A stretch of 61,424 nucleotides of DNA, counting the filler, from Coriobacteriales bacterium (GTDB taxonomy: Bacteria; Actinomycetota; Coriobacteriia; Coriobacteriales; UBA8131): assembly GCA_031263105.1 (NCBI GenBank). It is 6 parts of 6 records of this genome, joined end to end, with 100 filler letters (N's around TTAATTAATTAA, not from the genome) between each part and the next. Parts side by side here need not be neighbours in the genome. Positions count along the whole stretch, not along the records: positions 8,521 to 34,357 come from JAISGJ010000093.1; positions 34,458 to 39,264 come from JAISGJ010000131.1; 4 more parts are not named here. One strand, given 5' to 3'. The notes beneath the pieces are model-generated. The model searched no databases. It had not been told where the DNA came from and saw only the letters and a program-made list of their open reading frames with translations. Shown piece after piece: positions 26,312-35,524 of this stretch (position 1 is the stretch's first letter; every line of letters begins with the position of its first letter). The translations under genes and the position numbers were made by a program.

Positions 26312-26879
26312 GGTCTGCCACCAATCCTTTCTCAATAAGCTTCCGAGCCTTGTGCAGGCGGCTCTTCACGGTGCCCTCGGGCAGGCCGAGGACGGACGCG
26401 ATGTCCGCGACGCTCATCTCGTTGGCGTAGTACAGGACGACGGGGGCCTTCAGCTTGTCCGGGAGCGCCTCCACGAGCCGCCGCACGGCTCGCTGCTCCT
26501 CCCGCGCCATGAAGTCGTCTTCCGTGCTCGCCGTGCTCGCCGCAGCGCTGCCGCTGTCTGTGGCCTCGTCGAGTGCGACCTCCGGCGCGAGCCGCCTCCT
26601 GCGGGCGTACTTTCTGCGCCTGCTCTTCCACAGAAAGGCCGCCACAGACAAAAGGAAGCTCTGGGGGTCGTCCGCATCCTCCACGTTCGCCATCTGGGAG
26701 AATGCCTTGAGGAAGGTGTCCTGGAACAGGTCGTCCGCATCCTCCCTCGCATAGGTGATGCTCCGACAGAAGCGGTAGACCGCCCCGCCGTACCCGTCGA
26801 CAAGCCCCGCCGCAGACAGCCTGGAGCCTGCCTTTGCCTTTGTTCGAACAGCGCCTACCACCAAGGACGTTTCCTGCAC
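26301..26879 (-). CDS. ECF RNA polymerase sigma factor
   Basis: Region 2 (DADDLFQDTFLKAF) and region 4 (LPDKLK..VVLYY....SVADIASVLGLPEGTVKSRLHKAR). Start uncertain (GTG 26879 or 26891). Confidence 0.93.
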   Translation of the reverse strand: MQETSLVVGAVRTKAKAGSRLSAAGLVDGYGGAVYRFCRSITYAREDADDLFQDTFLKAFSQMANVEDADDPQSFLLSVAAFLWKSRRRKYARRRRLAPEVALDEATDSGSAAASTASTEDDFMAREEQRAVRRLVEALPDKLKAPVVLYYANEMSVADIASVLGLPEGTVKSRLHKARKLIEKGLVADHGF

Positions 26880-26909
26880 ACGCGCACTCACCCTTCTGAA
26901 GCCTTCACC

Positions 26910-26940
26910 TAGTAATAGTCGCGAGATCGAAAGCGGTTCA
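26910..26940 (-). promoter_or_regulatory. Putative autoregulatory ECF promoter (TGAACC -35-like element)
   Basis: TGAACCG...CTCGCGACTATTACTA lies upstream of the sigma gene and is conserved in the copy near 14070-14094. Confidence 0.55.
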
Positions 26941-27060
26941 TTGTTTTTTCGGAATTCCGTGCGCAATGCAAAGGATGCCCTGAGCCAAATTGCCTTGGCG
27001 GGCGTAGCGGGAGCCTCAGTACGTCTTGCCGTCAGATGTAGGCTGTCGTTACTATTCACA

Positions 27061-27255
27061 CCACTGTCATTCCGAGCCTGTCGAGGAATCTTCGACCGCG
27101 CCAGCGGTCGACCGCAGGTCGAAGAGGGCCTCGACCTGCCGTTGGCCGCTTCGCTCTCCATGGGCCTGTCGGCCCGTCCTCGCTGAAAACGCGGTGCGTT
27201 TTCCGGGCGCTCGGACCCAAAGATCCTTCGGCAGGCTCAGGATGACAGTGGGGGT
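27061..27255. repeat. TGTC-tagged palindromic repeat, long composite form
   Basis: CACTGTCATTCCGAGCCTG ... CAGGCTCAGGATGACAGTGGGG; contains the CCTCGCTGAAAACGCGGTGCGTTTTCCGGGCGCTCGGACCC module. Confidence 0.9.
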
Positions 27256-27312
27256 GTGAACAGGCTGTCAGCCCTCAGTGCTCCCTGTAAATGCTGCTGC
27301 GGTGGCCGAGCA

Positions 27313-27564
27313 TCAATCGAGTCCGAACTCTTTCTTGAACTCCTCGGATGAGACTGTCCGCCTGTCGGATGCCTCCCACTCCTTTATGGACTCGCGCTCC
27401 CAGCGGCTTGAGTTGCGAATCACAATCTCGTCTGACTCTGCTGCATTCTTTGCCACCATCAGAACAAAGGCGTTTACGGAAAGCCCTACGTTCTCCGCCG
27501 CCTGTTGGATGATTGCCTTGGTCTCAGGGTCGGTCTTGATACTGAGTGTTGCGGTACTTGCCAT
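27313..27564 (-). CDS. Small RHH antitoxin-like protein (RelB/DUF1778-like), no adjacent toxin
   Basis: TLSIKTDPETK.II.QAAE.VGLSVNAFV RHH pattern and a C-terminal VSSEEFKKEFGLD typical of RelB-like antitoxins. Confidence 0.7.
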   Translation of the reverse strand: MASTATLSIKTDPETKAIIQQAAENVGLSVNAFVLMVAKNAAESDEIVIRNSSRWERESIKEWEASDRRTVSSEEFKKEFGLD

Positions 27565-27877
27565 AATGGTCTCCAAAATAGCCGTGATGGTTCTTATGGA
27601 ACCCATACTACCATAGTTTCGCAGCCTTCATCGACCGCTGGCAGTGTGAGGGCGGCTGAGTTCTTCCCAAGAGCCTGCAGGCCCTAGGGAAGCGATGATT
27701 AATGCTTGTGCGCCGGATTCCGAGTCGGTTTGCCCCGTCCCTGTTCGGGCGGACGGGGGCACTACTTGCGGTAATGCCGCCGTCCGCACGGGCGGGGACG
27801 GGGCAAGACGGCCGGAAGACGGCATGCAATGATTGATCATCGTCTCCCAAGACGAGTACACGAGCACGGGAGTACGT

Positions 27878-29542
27878 ATGAACCAGGTGCGTAGGCGGGC
27901 CGAACCGGACGTCATCGTCGAGAGGGGAGAGGTGCGGGACGATCCGGGTGCGGGGCCGCCCCCCGAGCCGGACGCGGGGTCGCCCCCCGAGCAGGATGCC
28001 GCCCCGCCCCCCGAGCCGGACGTCATCGTCGAGATGCGGCACATCACGAAGCGTTTCCCCGGGGTGGTCGCGAACGACGACATCGACCTGAGCATCCGCC
28101 GAGGCGAGATATTCGCGCTGCTCGGCGAGAACGGCGCGGGCAAGAGCACGCTCATGAGCATGCTGTTCGGCATGTACGAGCCGGACGAGGGCGAGATACT
28201 CCTCCGGGGCAAGCGGGTGCGGATCGCCTCGCCCTCCGAGGCGGTCGCCCTCGACATCGGCATGGTGCACCAGCACTTCAAGCTCGTCTCGAACTACACG
28301 GTCACGGAGAACATCATACTCGGCAAGGAGCCCGTCAGGCGTCTGTTCGGGCTTCTCCCCCTCGTGGACCGCAAGGAGGCGGACCGGCGGGTGCGGGAGC
28401 TTTCGGCGCGTTACCGCTTCGACCTGGAGCCGACCGCCGTCATCGAGGACCTCGGCGTGTCCGCACAGCAGCGCGTCGAGATACTCAAGATGCTCTACCG
28501 CGAGGCCGAGATACTCATATTCGACGAGCCGACCGCCATGCTCACCCCGCAGGAGATCGAGGCGCTGCTCGCCATCGTCCGGGCGCTGCGCGACGCGGGC
28601 AAGACCATCATCCTCATCACGCACAAGCTCGAGGAGATAAAACAGGTCGCCGACCGCTGCGCCGTCCTCAACAGCGGCAGGCTCGTCGAGGTGTTCGACG
28701 TGGCCACGACCTCGACGAGGCTCATGGCGCAACGGATGGTCGGCCGCGAGGTGGACTTCGAGATAAGCAAGCGGCCCGCCCGCTTCGGCGAGGTCGTCCT
28801 GGACGTCAGGGGCCTGACGGTGCACGACGAGCAGAAGGTCGCGCGTGTGAAGGGCCTCAGCTTCCAGGTGCACGGCGGGGAGGTGTTCGCGGTCGCCGGG
28901 GTCGCGGGCAATGGGCAGGTCGAGCTCGCGGACGCCCTGGCAGGGCTTCTGCCCACGCGGCAGGGGACGGTCGTCCTCAAAGGCGAGGACATCACCCGCT
29001 CGAGCGTGCGCAGGCGCACGGTCAAGGGCGTGGCGTACATCCCCGAGGACCGTCATGGCGTGGGCCTCATCCTCGACTTCCCCGTCGCGGACAACCTCGC
29101 CTCCAAGTCCTACTTCCGCCCGCCGTTCTCCAAAGGGCCCCTCCTGCGGCAGGCCGAGTTCAAGAGCCATGCGACCGAGGTCATCGAACGCTACGACATC
29201 CGGTGCGGCAAGGGGCCGATGACGCTGGTGCGCTCCATGAGCGGCGGCAACCAGCAGAAGGTCATCGTGGCGAGGGAGATAGACCAGGGCGCCGACCTCG
29301 TGATCTTCGTGCAGCCGACGCGCGGGCTCGACATCGGGGCGACCCTCGGCATCCGCAACCGCATCATAGCCGAGCGCGATGCGGGCAAGGCGGTGCTCCT
29401 CATCTCGCTCGAACTGGACGAGGTGCTTTCCTGCGCGGACACCATCGGCGTGCTCTACAACGGCGAGATGACGAAGGTGGCGCCCGCCAGCGAGCTGGGC
29501 CTGGGCGAGGTAGGGGAGTACATGATGGGGGTGCGGCGATGA
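27878..29542 (+). CDS. Nucleoside/simple-sugar ABC transporter ATP-binding protein (NupA-like, two NBDs)
   Basis: ITKRFPGVVAND, LLGENGAGKSTL, GMVHQHF, IPEDR, SGGNQQK, QPTRGLD. Confidence 0.93.
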   Translation: MNQVRRRAEPDVIVERGEVRDDPGAGPPPEPDAGSPPEQDAAPPPEPDVIVEMRHITKRFPGVVANDDIDLSIRRGEIFALLGENGAGKSTLMSMLFGMYEPDEGEILLRGKRVRIASPSEAVALDIGMVHQHFKLVSNYTVTENIILGKEPVRRLFGLLPLVDRKEADRRVRELSARYRFDLEPTAVIEDLGVSAQQRVEILKMLYREAEILIFDEPTAMLTPQEIEALLAIVRALRDAGKTIILITHKLEEIKQVADRCAVLNSGRLVEVFDVATTSTRLMAQRMVGREVDFEISKRPARFGEVVLDVRGLTVHDEQKVARVKGLSFQVHGGEVFAVAGVAGNGQVELADALAGLLPTRQGTVVLKGEDITRSSVRRRTVKGVAYIPEDRHGVGLILDFPVADNLASKSYFRPPFSKGPLLRQAEFKSHATEVIERYDIRCGKGPMTLVRSMSGGNQQKVIVAREIDQGADLVIFVQPTRGLDIGATLGIRNRIIAERDAGKAVLLISLELDEVLSCADTIGVLYNGEMTKVAPASELGLGEVGEYMMGVRR

Positions 29543-30672
29543 GCCCCCGCAACCTTTTCGTGCGCATCGTCCACTACGAGCGCACCCAGCCCTTGCTCAT
29601 CGCGGCCTGCGCCGTGCTGCTCAGCCTCGTGGCCTTCTCGCTCGTGCTCCTGGCCCTCGGGAAGAACCCCCTGACCGCCTTCCAGGGCCTGCTCCAGGGC
29701 TCGGGGCTCCTGCCGAAGCCGCGCTACGCGGGCGGCAAGGACATGTTCACCGACCTGCTCGGCCTGCTCGACGCCATGACGCCCATGCTCTTTGCGGCGC
29801 TGGCGGTCGCGATAGCCTTCCGGGCGGGGCTCTTCAACATCGGCGTCTCGGGCCAGATGCTCCTGGCGGGCTTCCTCGCGACGGTGCTGGTCGGCTACAG
29901 CGGCCTTGCGGCGGTTCTGGCAAAGCCCCTGGTGATCCTCGTGGGGCTTGTCGTCGGAGGGGCGGTCGGCGCCTTCGTCGGCCTGCTCAAGGCGCGCTTC
30001 AACATCCACGAGGTCGTCTCGACCATCATGCTCAACTACATCTTCCAGTTCGTCGTGAGCTTCTTCGTCAAGAGCTACTTCGTCGACCCCGTCTCGCGAC
30101 AGTCGCGCGCCATCGCCTCCGACGCGCGCCTCACGCTCATGAACGTGCCGCTGGGGGACGCCGCCACGCGCGTGCCCCTCTGCTTCCTTCTGGCGGTCGC
30201 GGTCGCCGTGGCGCTCTACCTCCTCGTCAAGAAGACCTCCCTCGGCTTCGAGATACGCGCCGTGGGCAGCAACAGGAAGGCGGCCCAGTACACGGGGATA
30301 CGCTCGGGCCGCGTCATCGTCATAGCCATGGTGCTCTCGGGCTGCTGTGCGGGGCTCGCGGGCGTCACCTACTACCTGGGCTACTTCGACACCATCGAGC
30401 CGGGGACGCTCACGACGGTGGGCTTCGACTCCATCGCGGTCGCCCTGCTCGGCAACAGCAACCCTGTGGCCTGCATACTCTCGTCCCTGCTCATCACCGT
30501 CATGACCTACGGGAGCACCTATATGAGCAGCGTCGCGGACGTGAGCGCCTACATCGCCCATCTCATGGTGGGCGTCGTGCTGCTCTTCTGCGCCTGCAGC
30601 GCCTACCTCAAGCACCGGATCGAGCGGAGCGTGCAGAGACGCGCCGACGAGGAGGGGGGCGAGAGGACATGA
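29539..30672 (+). CDS. Nucleoside ABC transporter permease (NupB-like)
   Basis: AFRAGLFNIGVSGQ, HEVVSTIMLNY, GFEIRAVG.N, GFDSIAVALLG. Confidence 0.92.
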   Translation: MSPRNLFVRIVHYERTQPLLIAACAVLLSLVAFSLVLLALGKNPLTAFQGLLQGSGLLPKPRYAGGKDMFTDLLGLLDAMTPMLFAALAVAIAFRAGLFNIGVSGQMLLAGFLATVLVGYSGLAAVLAKPLVILVGLVVGGAVGAFVGLLKARFNIHEVVSTIMLNYIFQFVVSFFVKSYFVDPVSRQSRAIASDARLTLMNVPLGDAATRVPLCFLLAVAVAVALYLLVKKTSLGFEIRAVGSNRKAAQYTGIRSGRVIVIAMVLSGCCAGLAGVTYYLGYFDTIEPGTLTTVGFDSIAVALLGNSNPVACILSSLLITVMTYGSTYMSSVADVSAYIAHLMVGVVLLFCACSAYLKHRIERSVQRRADEEGGERT

Positions 30673-31628
30673 CCGCCCTCATCGTCAACGGGCTCTCCTA
30701 TGCCCTGCCCCTGCTCATAATCGGCATCGGCGGCATCTACTCGGAGCGCAGCGGCGTGACGAACCTCGCCCTGGAGGGCCTGCTCGGCTTCGGCGCCTTC
30801 TCGGGAGGGCTGTTCGTCGCCTTCACGAGCGGCTTTCTGGTGGCCGGCTCCGGGTTGCAGTTCTACCTGTCCTTCGTGGCCGCTGCGGCGGGAGGGGCGC
30901 TGTTCGCCCTGCTCCATGCCCTGCTCTGCATCAAGCTGCGCGCCAACCAGGTCATCAGCGGCGTGGTGGTCAACATCGCCGCCATGGCGTTGACGGGCTT
31001 CCTCACGGTGCAGCTCAACGACATGGTCTTCGGCTCCGCGTCCAACAAGTTCCTGCTGTTCACCGCGCCGCGCTCCTCGGTGCCCGTGCTGAAGGACATC
31101 CCGGTCCTCGGCGGCTTCTTCACCGACGTCTACTCCTTCGAGCTGGTCATCGTGGTTCTCGTGGCCGTGTTCTGGCTCGTCCTGTACCGCACGCGCTTCG
31201 GCCTGCATCTGAGGGCCTGTGGGGACAACCCGCAGGCGGTCGATGCCGCAGGCGTCAACGTGGCGCGCACGCGCCTCGTCGCGGTGATGATATCGGGCCT
31301 GCTCAGCGGCGTGGGCGGCATGTGCTTCGCGTACTCCATCAGCACGAACGTCTCCCCGGCCATCTACTTCGGCGCGGGCTACCTGGCGATAGCCGCCATG
31401 ATATTCGGCAACTGGAAGATAATCCCCACGCTCGGCGCCTGCCTCATCTTCGGCTTCGCGCGCAGCGCCGCGCAGCAGCTCGTGCTCTTCCTCAAGGTGG
31501 ACTCCAGCGTGACGGACCTCGCCATGGTCGTCCCCTACGTCCTGGTGCTCGTCCTGCTGGTCTTCTTCTCGAAGTCCAACCGCCCCCCTCGCGCCCTCGG
31601 CTCCATCTACGACAAGGGGGAGCGCTAG
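30669..31628 (+). CDS. Nucleoside ABC transporter permease (NupC-like)
   Basis: SERSGVTNLALEG, ANQVISG, RTRFGLHLRACGDNP, GYLAIAAMIFGNW. Confidence 0.92.
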   Translation: MTALIVNGLSYALPLLIIGIGGIYSERSGVTNLALEGLLGFGAFSGGLFVAFTSGFLVAGSGLQFYLSFVAAAAGGALFALLHALLCIKLRANQVISGVVVNIAAMALTGFLTVQLNDMVFGSASNKFLLFTAPRSSVPVLKDIPVLGGFFTDVYSFELVIVVLVAVFWLVLYRTRFGLHLRACGDNPQAVDAAGVNVARTRLVAVMISGLLSGVGGMCFAYSISTNVSPAIYFGAGYLAIAAMIFGNWKIIPTLGACLIFGFARSAAQQLVLFLKVDSSVTDLAMVVPYVLVLVLLVFFSKSNRPPRALGSIYDKGER

Positions 31629-31671
31629 GGGAGCGCCGGTTTCTGGCTAATTTTCAAAGTGACCGCACTCC

Positions 31672-31838
31672 CTAGTAGGCCGTTCGGCAAATAACTGGCC
31701 ATTCCGGACGGCCTGTTCTCTGCCATGCTGCGTTGGAGAAGCACGCCGTTACTGCAAGCAGTGCCGCACTTCTCCGCCTTGCCTGGCAAAGAATATGCTC
31801 GCCCGTAATGGCCAGTTATTTGCCGAACGGTCTACTAG
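31672..31838. mobile_element. MITE-like element with long terminal inverted repeats
   Basis: CTAGTAGGCCGTTCGGCAAATAACTGGCCATT / AATGGCCAGTTATTTGCCGAACGGTCTACTAG (31/32 complementary); non-coding, 167 bp, CTAG at both ends. Confidence 0.65.
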
Positions 31839-31890
31839 TGTTGCGGTTAGTGTCATGACTCCGCAAATTTGCCAAACGTTACACGTCACA

Positions 31891-32067
31891 CCCCCACTGT
31901 CATTCCGAGCCCCACTGTCATTCCGAGCCCCCACTGTCATTCCGAGCCCCGCCGAGGAATCTTTGGACACGCAGTGTCCAACGGCAGGTCGCAGGGCCCT
32001 TCGGCCTGCGGTCGACCGCTTGCGCGGTCGAGGATTCCTCGACAGGCTCGGAATGACAGTGGGGGTG
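31891..32067. repeat. TGTC-tagged repeat with triplicated left terminus
   Basis: CCCACTGTCATTCCGAGC x3, then the full palindromic body and GCTCGGAATGACAGTGGGG. Confidence 0.9.
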
Positions 32068-32151
32068 TGACGTGTAACTGCCAAACTGTGACAGAGGGGA
32101 GATGCCGATTGACGGCTTGCAAGTTGATAGCGTATCGGGTATCATGTCGGC

Positions 32152-32363
32152 ATGGAGAAACTGACCTTCGATTGGGTGAAGCGCTCGGACGGGACAAGTG
32201 AGTTCAAGGAGTACATGGACTCACTGCCCGTGAAAGACCGCGCCAAGCTCTATGCCGTCATCTCCAAGACCGCAGGCAACGGCATGGAGGTCGCCAAGAA
32301 GGCGAGGTGGGTCAGCATTCCAAGAAGCTGCGGGACGAGTACCTGAGAGGTGAGGACAGATGA
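32152..32363 (+). pseudogene. RelE/ParE-superfamily (Gp49-like) toxin, internally deleted and frameshifted
   Basis: The N-half (DGTSEFKEYMDSLPVKDRAKL...WVS) jumps directly to a C-terminal fragment HSKKLRDEYLRGEDR-stop in another frame; the central part expected for the family is missing. Confidence 0.75.
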
Positions 32364-32635
32364 GCGCGATAGACGAACTGATACAGGAGGAGTGCGAGAA
32401 AAGCGCGGAGTTCGCCGCCGAGTTCCGCAGGGAGGGCGAGCGCCTCGACGCCGCTGTCGCCCTCATCGGGCTGCGCGAGGAGTTCGGGATGACCCAGCGG
32501 CAGTTGGCCGCAGCAACCGGCAAGACCCAGTCTACCATCGCCCGCATCGAGAACGGCAACATGAACCCTTCCGTCAAGCTGCTCGGCGAGATCGCTGTGG
32601 CGCTCGGCAGGCGCTTGGAGTACAGGTTCGTATAG
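32360..32635 (+). CDS. Xre/HigA-type HTH antitoxin
   Basis: LREEFGMTQRQLA...GKTQSTIARIENG.MNPSV.LL..IA.ALG; lies downstream of the toxin remnant. Confidence 0.88.
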   Translation: MSAIDELIQEECEKSAEFAAEFRREGERLDAAVALIGLREEFGMTQRQLAAATGKTQSTIARIENGNMNPSVKLLGEIAVALGRRLEYRFV

Positions 32636-32816
32636 GGCTGAAGCGCCCTCGGCTCCATCGGATAGCGGAGGCGTCTTTCTCCGTTTCACCCGAAGCCCTC
32701 GTTTGGCGTTCTCTGTCAGCGGGGTCATCGCGTGATAGGTGAATCGACCCCAGTATCTGCGTAGGCTGTCGCACCTGTCGGGTCATGTGCAAGGACAAGA
32801 ACGGCTCGATCCAAGT

Positions 32817-33920
32817 TCACCGGAAGTCCAGCGCCGCCTTGAAGGCGGGGGAGGAGAAGGCCGCCTCGAAGTCCTCGGGAGGGTGCAGCTCAATGGGAGG
32901 GAGCGCGACCCGTCCCGAGCGCAGCAGCGCCAGGGCAGGCCCGAAGCTTCCACAGCGGCTGCCCTGTATGCGTATCTCGCGCACGACCACCTCGCTCATG
33001 TCTATCTCCGTCGTGCCCGCATAGGTGCTCTTCATGACGAGGGTGCCGGCGCTCCGTGTGAGGGCCAGCGCCTCGGCCAGTGCGGCGGGGCTGCCGGTCG
33101 CGTCGATGACGACCTCGAAGCCTGCGTCTGCTGCGGGTTCGTCAGCCGCAGGCCTGTCTGCGGGGTCGGCACCTGTGCTCCCGCCCGCTGCGGGCCCTCC
33201 TCCTGTGGGTGCGCCTTGGGTTGCTGCGGGGTCGGCCTCCCCGCCCTCGTCCGCTTCCGAGCCGCCCTGCGCCCCGCACGCCCTGCGCCCTGTGCGCACC
33301 ACGTCCGCATACGGCGCGAAGAGGGCGAGCTTCCCGGGGTGGCGCCCCCTCACCGTGAGCCGTGCCCCGGTCGTCGCCGCGAGCGCCTGGCAGACCATGA
33401 GCGCAAGGCGCCCGTCCCCGAGGATGCCGACGGGCATGCCGTCCGCGATGTCTGTCTGCTCGGTGATGCGCAGGGCGGCGGCGAGCGGCTCGGTGTAGAC
33501 GGCCTCCTCGGGCGCAAGGCCCTCGGGCACGGGGTGCAGCAGGCGTGTCGGCAGTGTCAGGAACTCGGCGAAGCTGCCGTCCTTGCCGTTGATGCCCAGC
33601 GTGGCGCGCCTCGCGCAGTGGCGGGGGCGGCCGCTCGTGCAGTACAGGCACGCGCCGCAGTCGAGGTTGATCTCGCCGACGACGCGCCTGCCGGCGAGCG
33701 CGCCGCCTGCGCCCTCCGTGCCCTCCGCCTCCACCACGCCGACGAACTCGTGCCCCATGACCCCCGAGAAGTCGGGGCGGTAGCCGCGCAGTATCTCCCG
33801 GTCCGTCGAGCAGACGGCGGCAAGCTCGACGCGCACGAGGCTCTCCCCCTCGACGGGCACAGGGGGCCTCCGGTCCCCGACGAAACGGGCACGCCCGCCC
33901 TCGAACACAACGGCCTTCAT
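32817..33920 (-). CDS. Zinc-dependent MDR alcohol dehydrogenase-like protein
   Basis: VCSTD, GHEFVG, CGACLYC...HC, EPLAA, ILGDGRL, IDATG. Confidence 0.92.
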   Translation of the reverse strand: MKAVVFEGGRARFVGDRRPPVPVEGESLVRVELAAVCSTDREILRGYRPDFSGVMGHEFVGVVEAEGTEGAGGALAGRRVVGEINLDCGACLYCTSGRPRHCARRATLGINGKDGSFAEFLTLPTRLLHPVPEGLAPEEAVYTEPLAAALRITEQTDIADGMPVGILGDGRLALMVCQALAATTGARLTVRGRHPGKLALFAPYADVVRTGRRACGAQGGSEADEGGEADPAATQGAPTGGGPAAGGSTGADPADRPAADEPAADAGFEVVIDATGSPAALAEALALTRSAGTLVMKSTYAGTTEIDMSEVVVREIRIQGSRCGSFGPALALLRSGRVALPPIELHPPEDFEAAFSSPAFKAALDFR

Positions 33921-34110
33921 AGGGTCTTCGCCCCGCCGGGTCGGTCTGCGGCTTCCTGCGCGGGCCGCTCCTCTGGTCTTCCCATCGTCCGCCTCTCTCT
34001 GATCCAGACAGTCTGGATAGAATCTACCGCAATCTCACCGTGCGGGCAAATGGAAATGCTGCCAGGAGCGTCCACCGTCAGGAGCGTCCACAAGGCAAAG
34101 TGTGTCCATG

Positions 34111-34357
34111 CCCCCACTGTCATCCCGAGCCCCCACTGTCGTCCCGAGCCCCACTGTCGCCCCGAGCCCCACTGTCGCCCCCAGCCCCACAGTCGCCCCG
34201 AGCCCCCCCGTCGCCCCCCGCCCCCCCCTGCCGACCCGAGACCCACTGACAGTCCGAGCCTGTCGAGGAATCCTCCCCCCCGCCAGCGGTCGACCGCAGG
34301 CCGAAGGGCCCCCCGAGCTACCGTTGGACACTGCGTGTCCAAAGATTCCTCGGCGGA
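34111..34357. repeat. TGTC-tagged repeat with tandemly amplified 18-19 nt terminus
   Basis: CCCACTGTC(A/G)(T/C)CCCGAGC about 5 times, then the repeat body; sequence quality appears to drop toward the gap. Confidence 0.8.
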
Positions 34358-34473
34358 NNNNNNNNNNNNNNNNNNNNNNNNNNNNNNNNNNNNNNNNNNN
34401 NTTAATTAATTAANNNNNNNNNNNNNNNNNNNNNNNNNNNNNNNNNNNNNNNNNNNNGTTGTTACACGTCACA

Positions 34474-34650
34474 CCCCCACTGTCATTCCGAGCTCCGTCG
34501 AGGAATCTTTGGACACGCAGTGTCCAACGGCAGGTCAGGGGGCCCTTCGACCTGCGGTCGACCGCTAGCGCGGTCGAGGATTCCTCGGCAGGCTCGGAAT
34601 GACAGTGGGGCTCGGGGTGGCAGTGGGGCTCGGGGTGGCAGTGGGGGTGT
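34474..34650. repeat. TGTC-tagged repeat with tandem right terminus
   Basis: Full body followed by GGGGCTCGGGGTGGCAGT repeats. Confidence 0.88.
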
Positions 34651-34797
34651 GACCTGTGACAGTGAGGCTCGGAATGAGGTCTGAGCAGTAACGACGCTAT
34701 CTGCACCAGCTTCGTCGCCGCTCCGGATCAGATTGCAAATCTGGAAAATAGACAGGCCAGGATGCTTCTGTGCCTAGGTGAATTGTAGGATGTAAGG

Positions 34798-35517
34798 TCA
34801 CAACAGGCCCAGTCGGCAGTCCTCCTCGACGTGCGACGCTGCGAAGTCCGCCCAGGCTGCGTAGTAGCCGCAGGTGTCGGCTGCCCGTACCTTGGCTGCG
34901 AAGCCGCCTATCCAAAGCGCCAGATGTTCAGACAGGAACTCCTGCTGGGCCGACCGCAGCAGGAGTTCCTCCTCTTGGCCCGATTGGGCGCGGGCCGCAT
35001 CCTGAGCCTTGTCGCAGAGGCAGGCCATGAAGCCCAGCTCGAAGCCCAGGTGGTCGTCCGGGATGCGGTTCTTTGCGGCCACCTCCATCCCCTGCCTGCG
35101 GTAGGCGTCGCGCACCGAGCGCGTTACGTCGGTGAACAGCCGTCGGGGGAAGCCCCGGTACAGCGACTCGTAGAGCGGCGCCAGCGGCGGGCGGGGTCCG
35201 ACGAACAGCTCCGCGTAGGCTGTCCGTATGTCGGTCTGCAAGGCCTGCAGGTCATGGTCGGCGAAGCCCCTCAGCTGCTCCCGCAGCCTGTCCTCGTGCT
35301 CCGAGGCGGAGGCCTGCCCGCCGCCCTCCGTTGCGCCCGTCCCCGCCAGCGGGGCGTCGAGGACGCCGCCCCCTACGCCCCCCGCGACTCTGCTGCCCCC
35401 GCCTCCCGCCCCGTCTGCCCAATCGACGAGGGCCCCGAGCTCGTTTGCGCTCGGCTCGCTTTGGAACACGTGCGCCAACAGACGGTACCGCTCGGCCCGA
35501 CCGCCGCACAGCGGCAT
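34798..35517 (-). CDS. TorD/DmsD family molybdoenzyme chaperone
   Basis: YAELFVGP...APLYESLY, PDDHLGFEL.FM, FL.EHL..W. Confidence 0.92.
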   Translation of the reverse strand: MPLCGGRAERYRLLAHVFQSEPSANELGALVDWADGAGGGGSRVAGGVGGGVLDAPLAGTGATEGGGQASASEHEDRLREQLRGFADHDLQALQTDIRTAYAELFVGPRPPLAPLYESLYRGFPRRLFTDVTRSVRDAYRRQGMEVAAKNRIPDDHLGFELGFMACLCDKAQDAARAQSGQEEELLLRSAQQEFLSEHLALWIGGFAAKVRAADTCGYYAAWADFAASHVEEDCRLGLL

Positions 35518-35524
35518 GGCCCTC

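Noticed and set aside
26880..27161. N-terminal 94-aa extension of the ECF sigma ORF
   Set aside because: It is an open frame through the promoter and TGTC repeat. The duplicated promoter and RBS indicate a start near 26879-26891.
27878..31628. Nucleoside ABC transporter lacking a BMP-family binding protein gene
   Set aside because: Binding proteins are often encoded at separate loci; nothing more can be concluded from this window.
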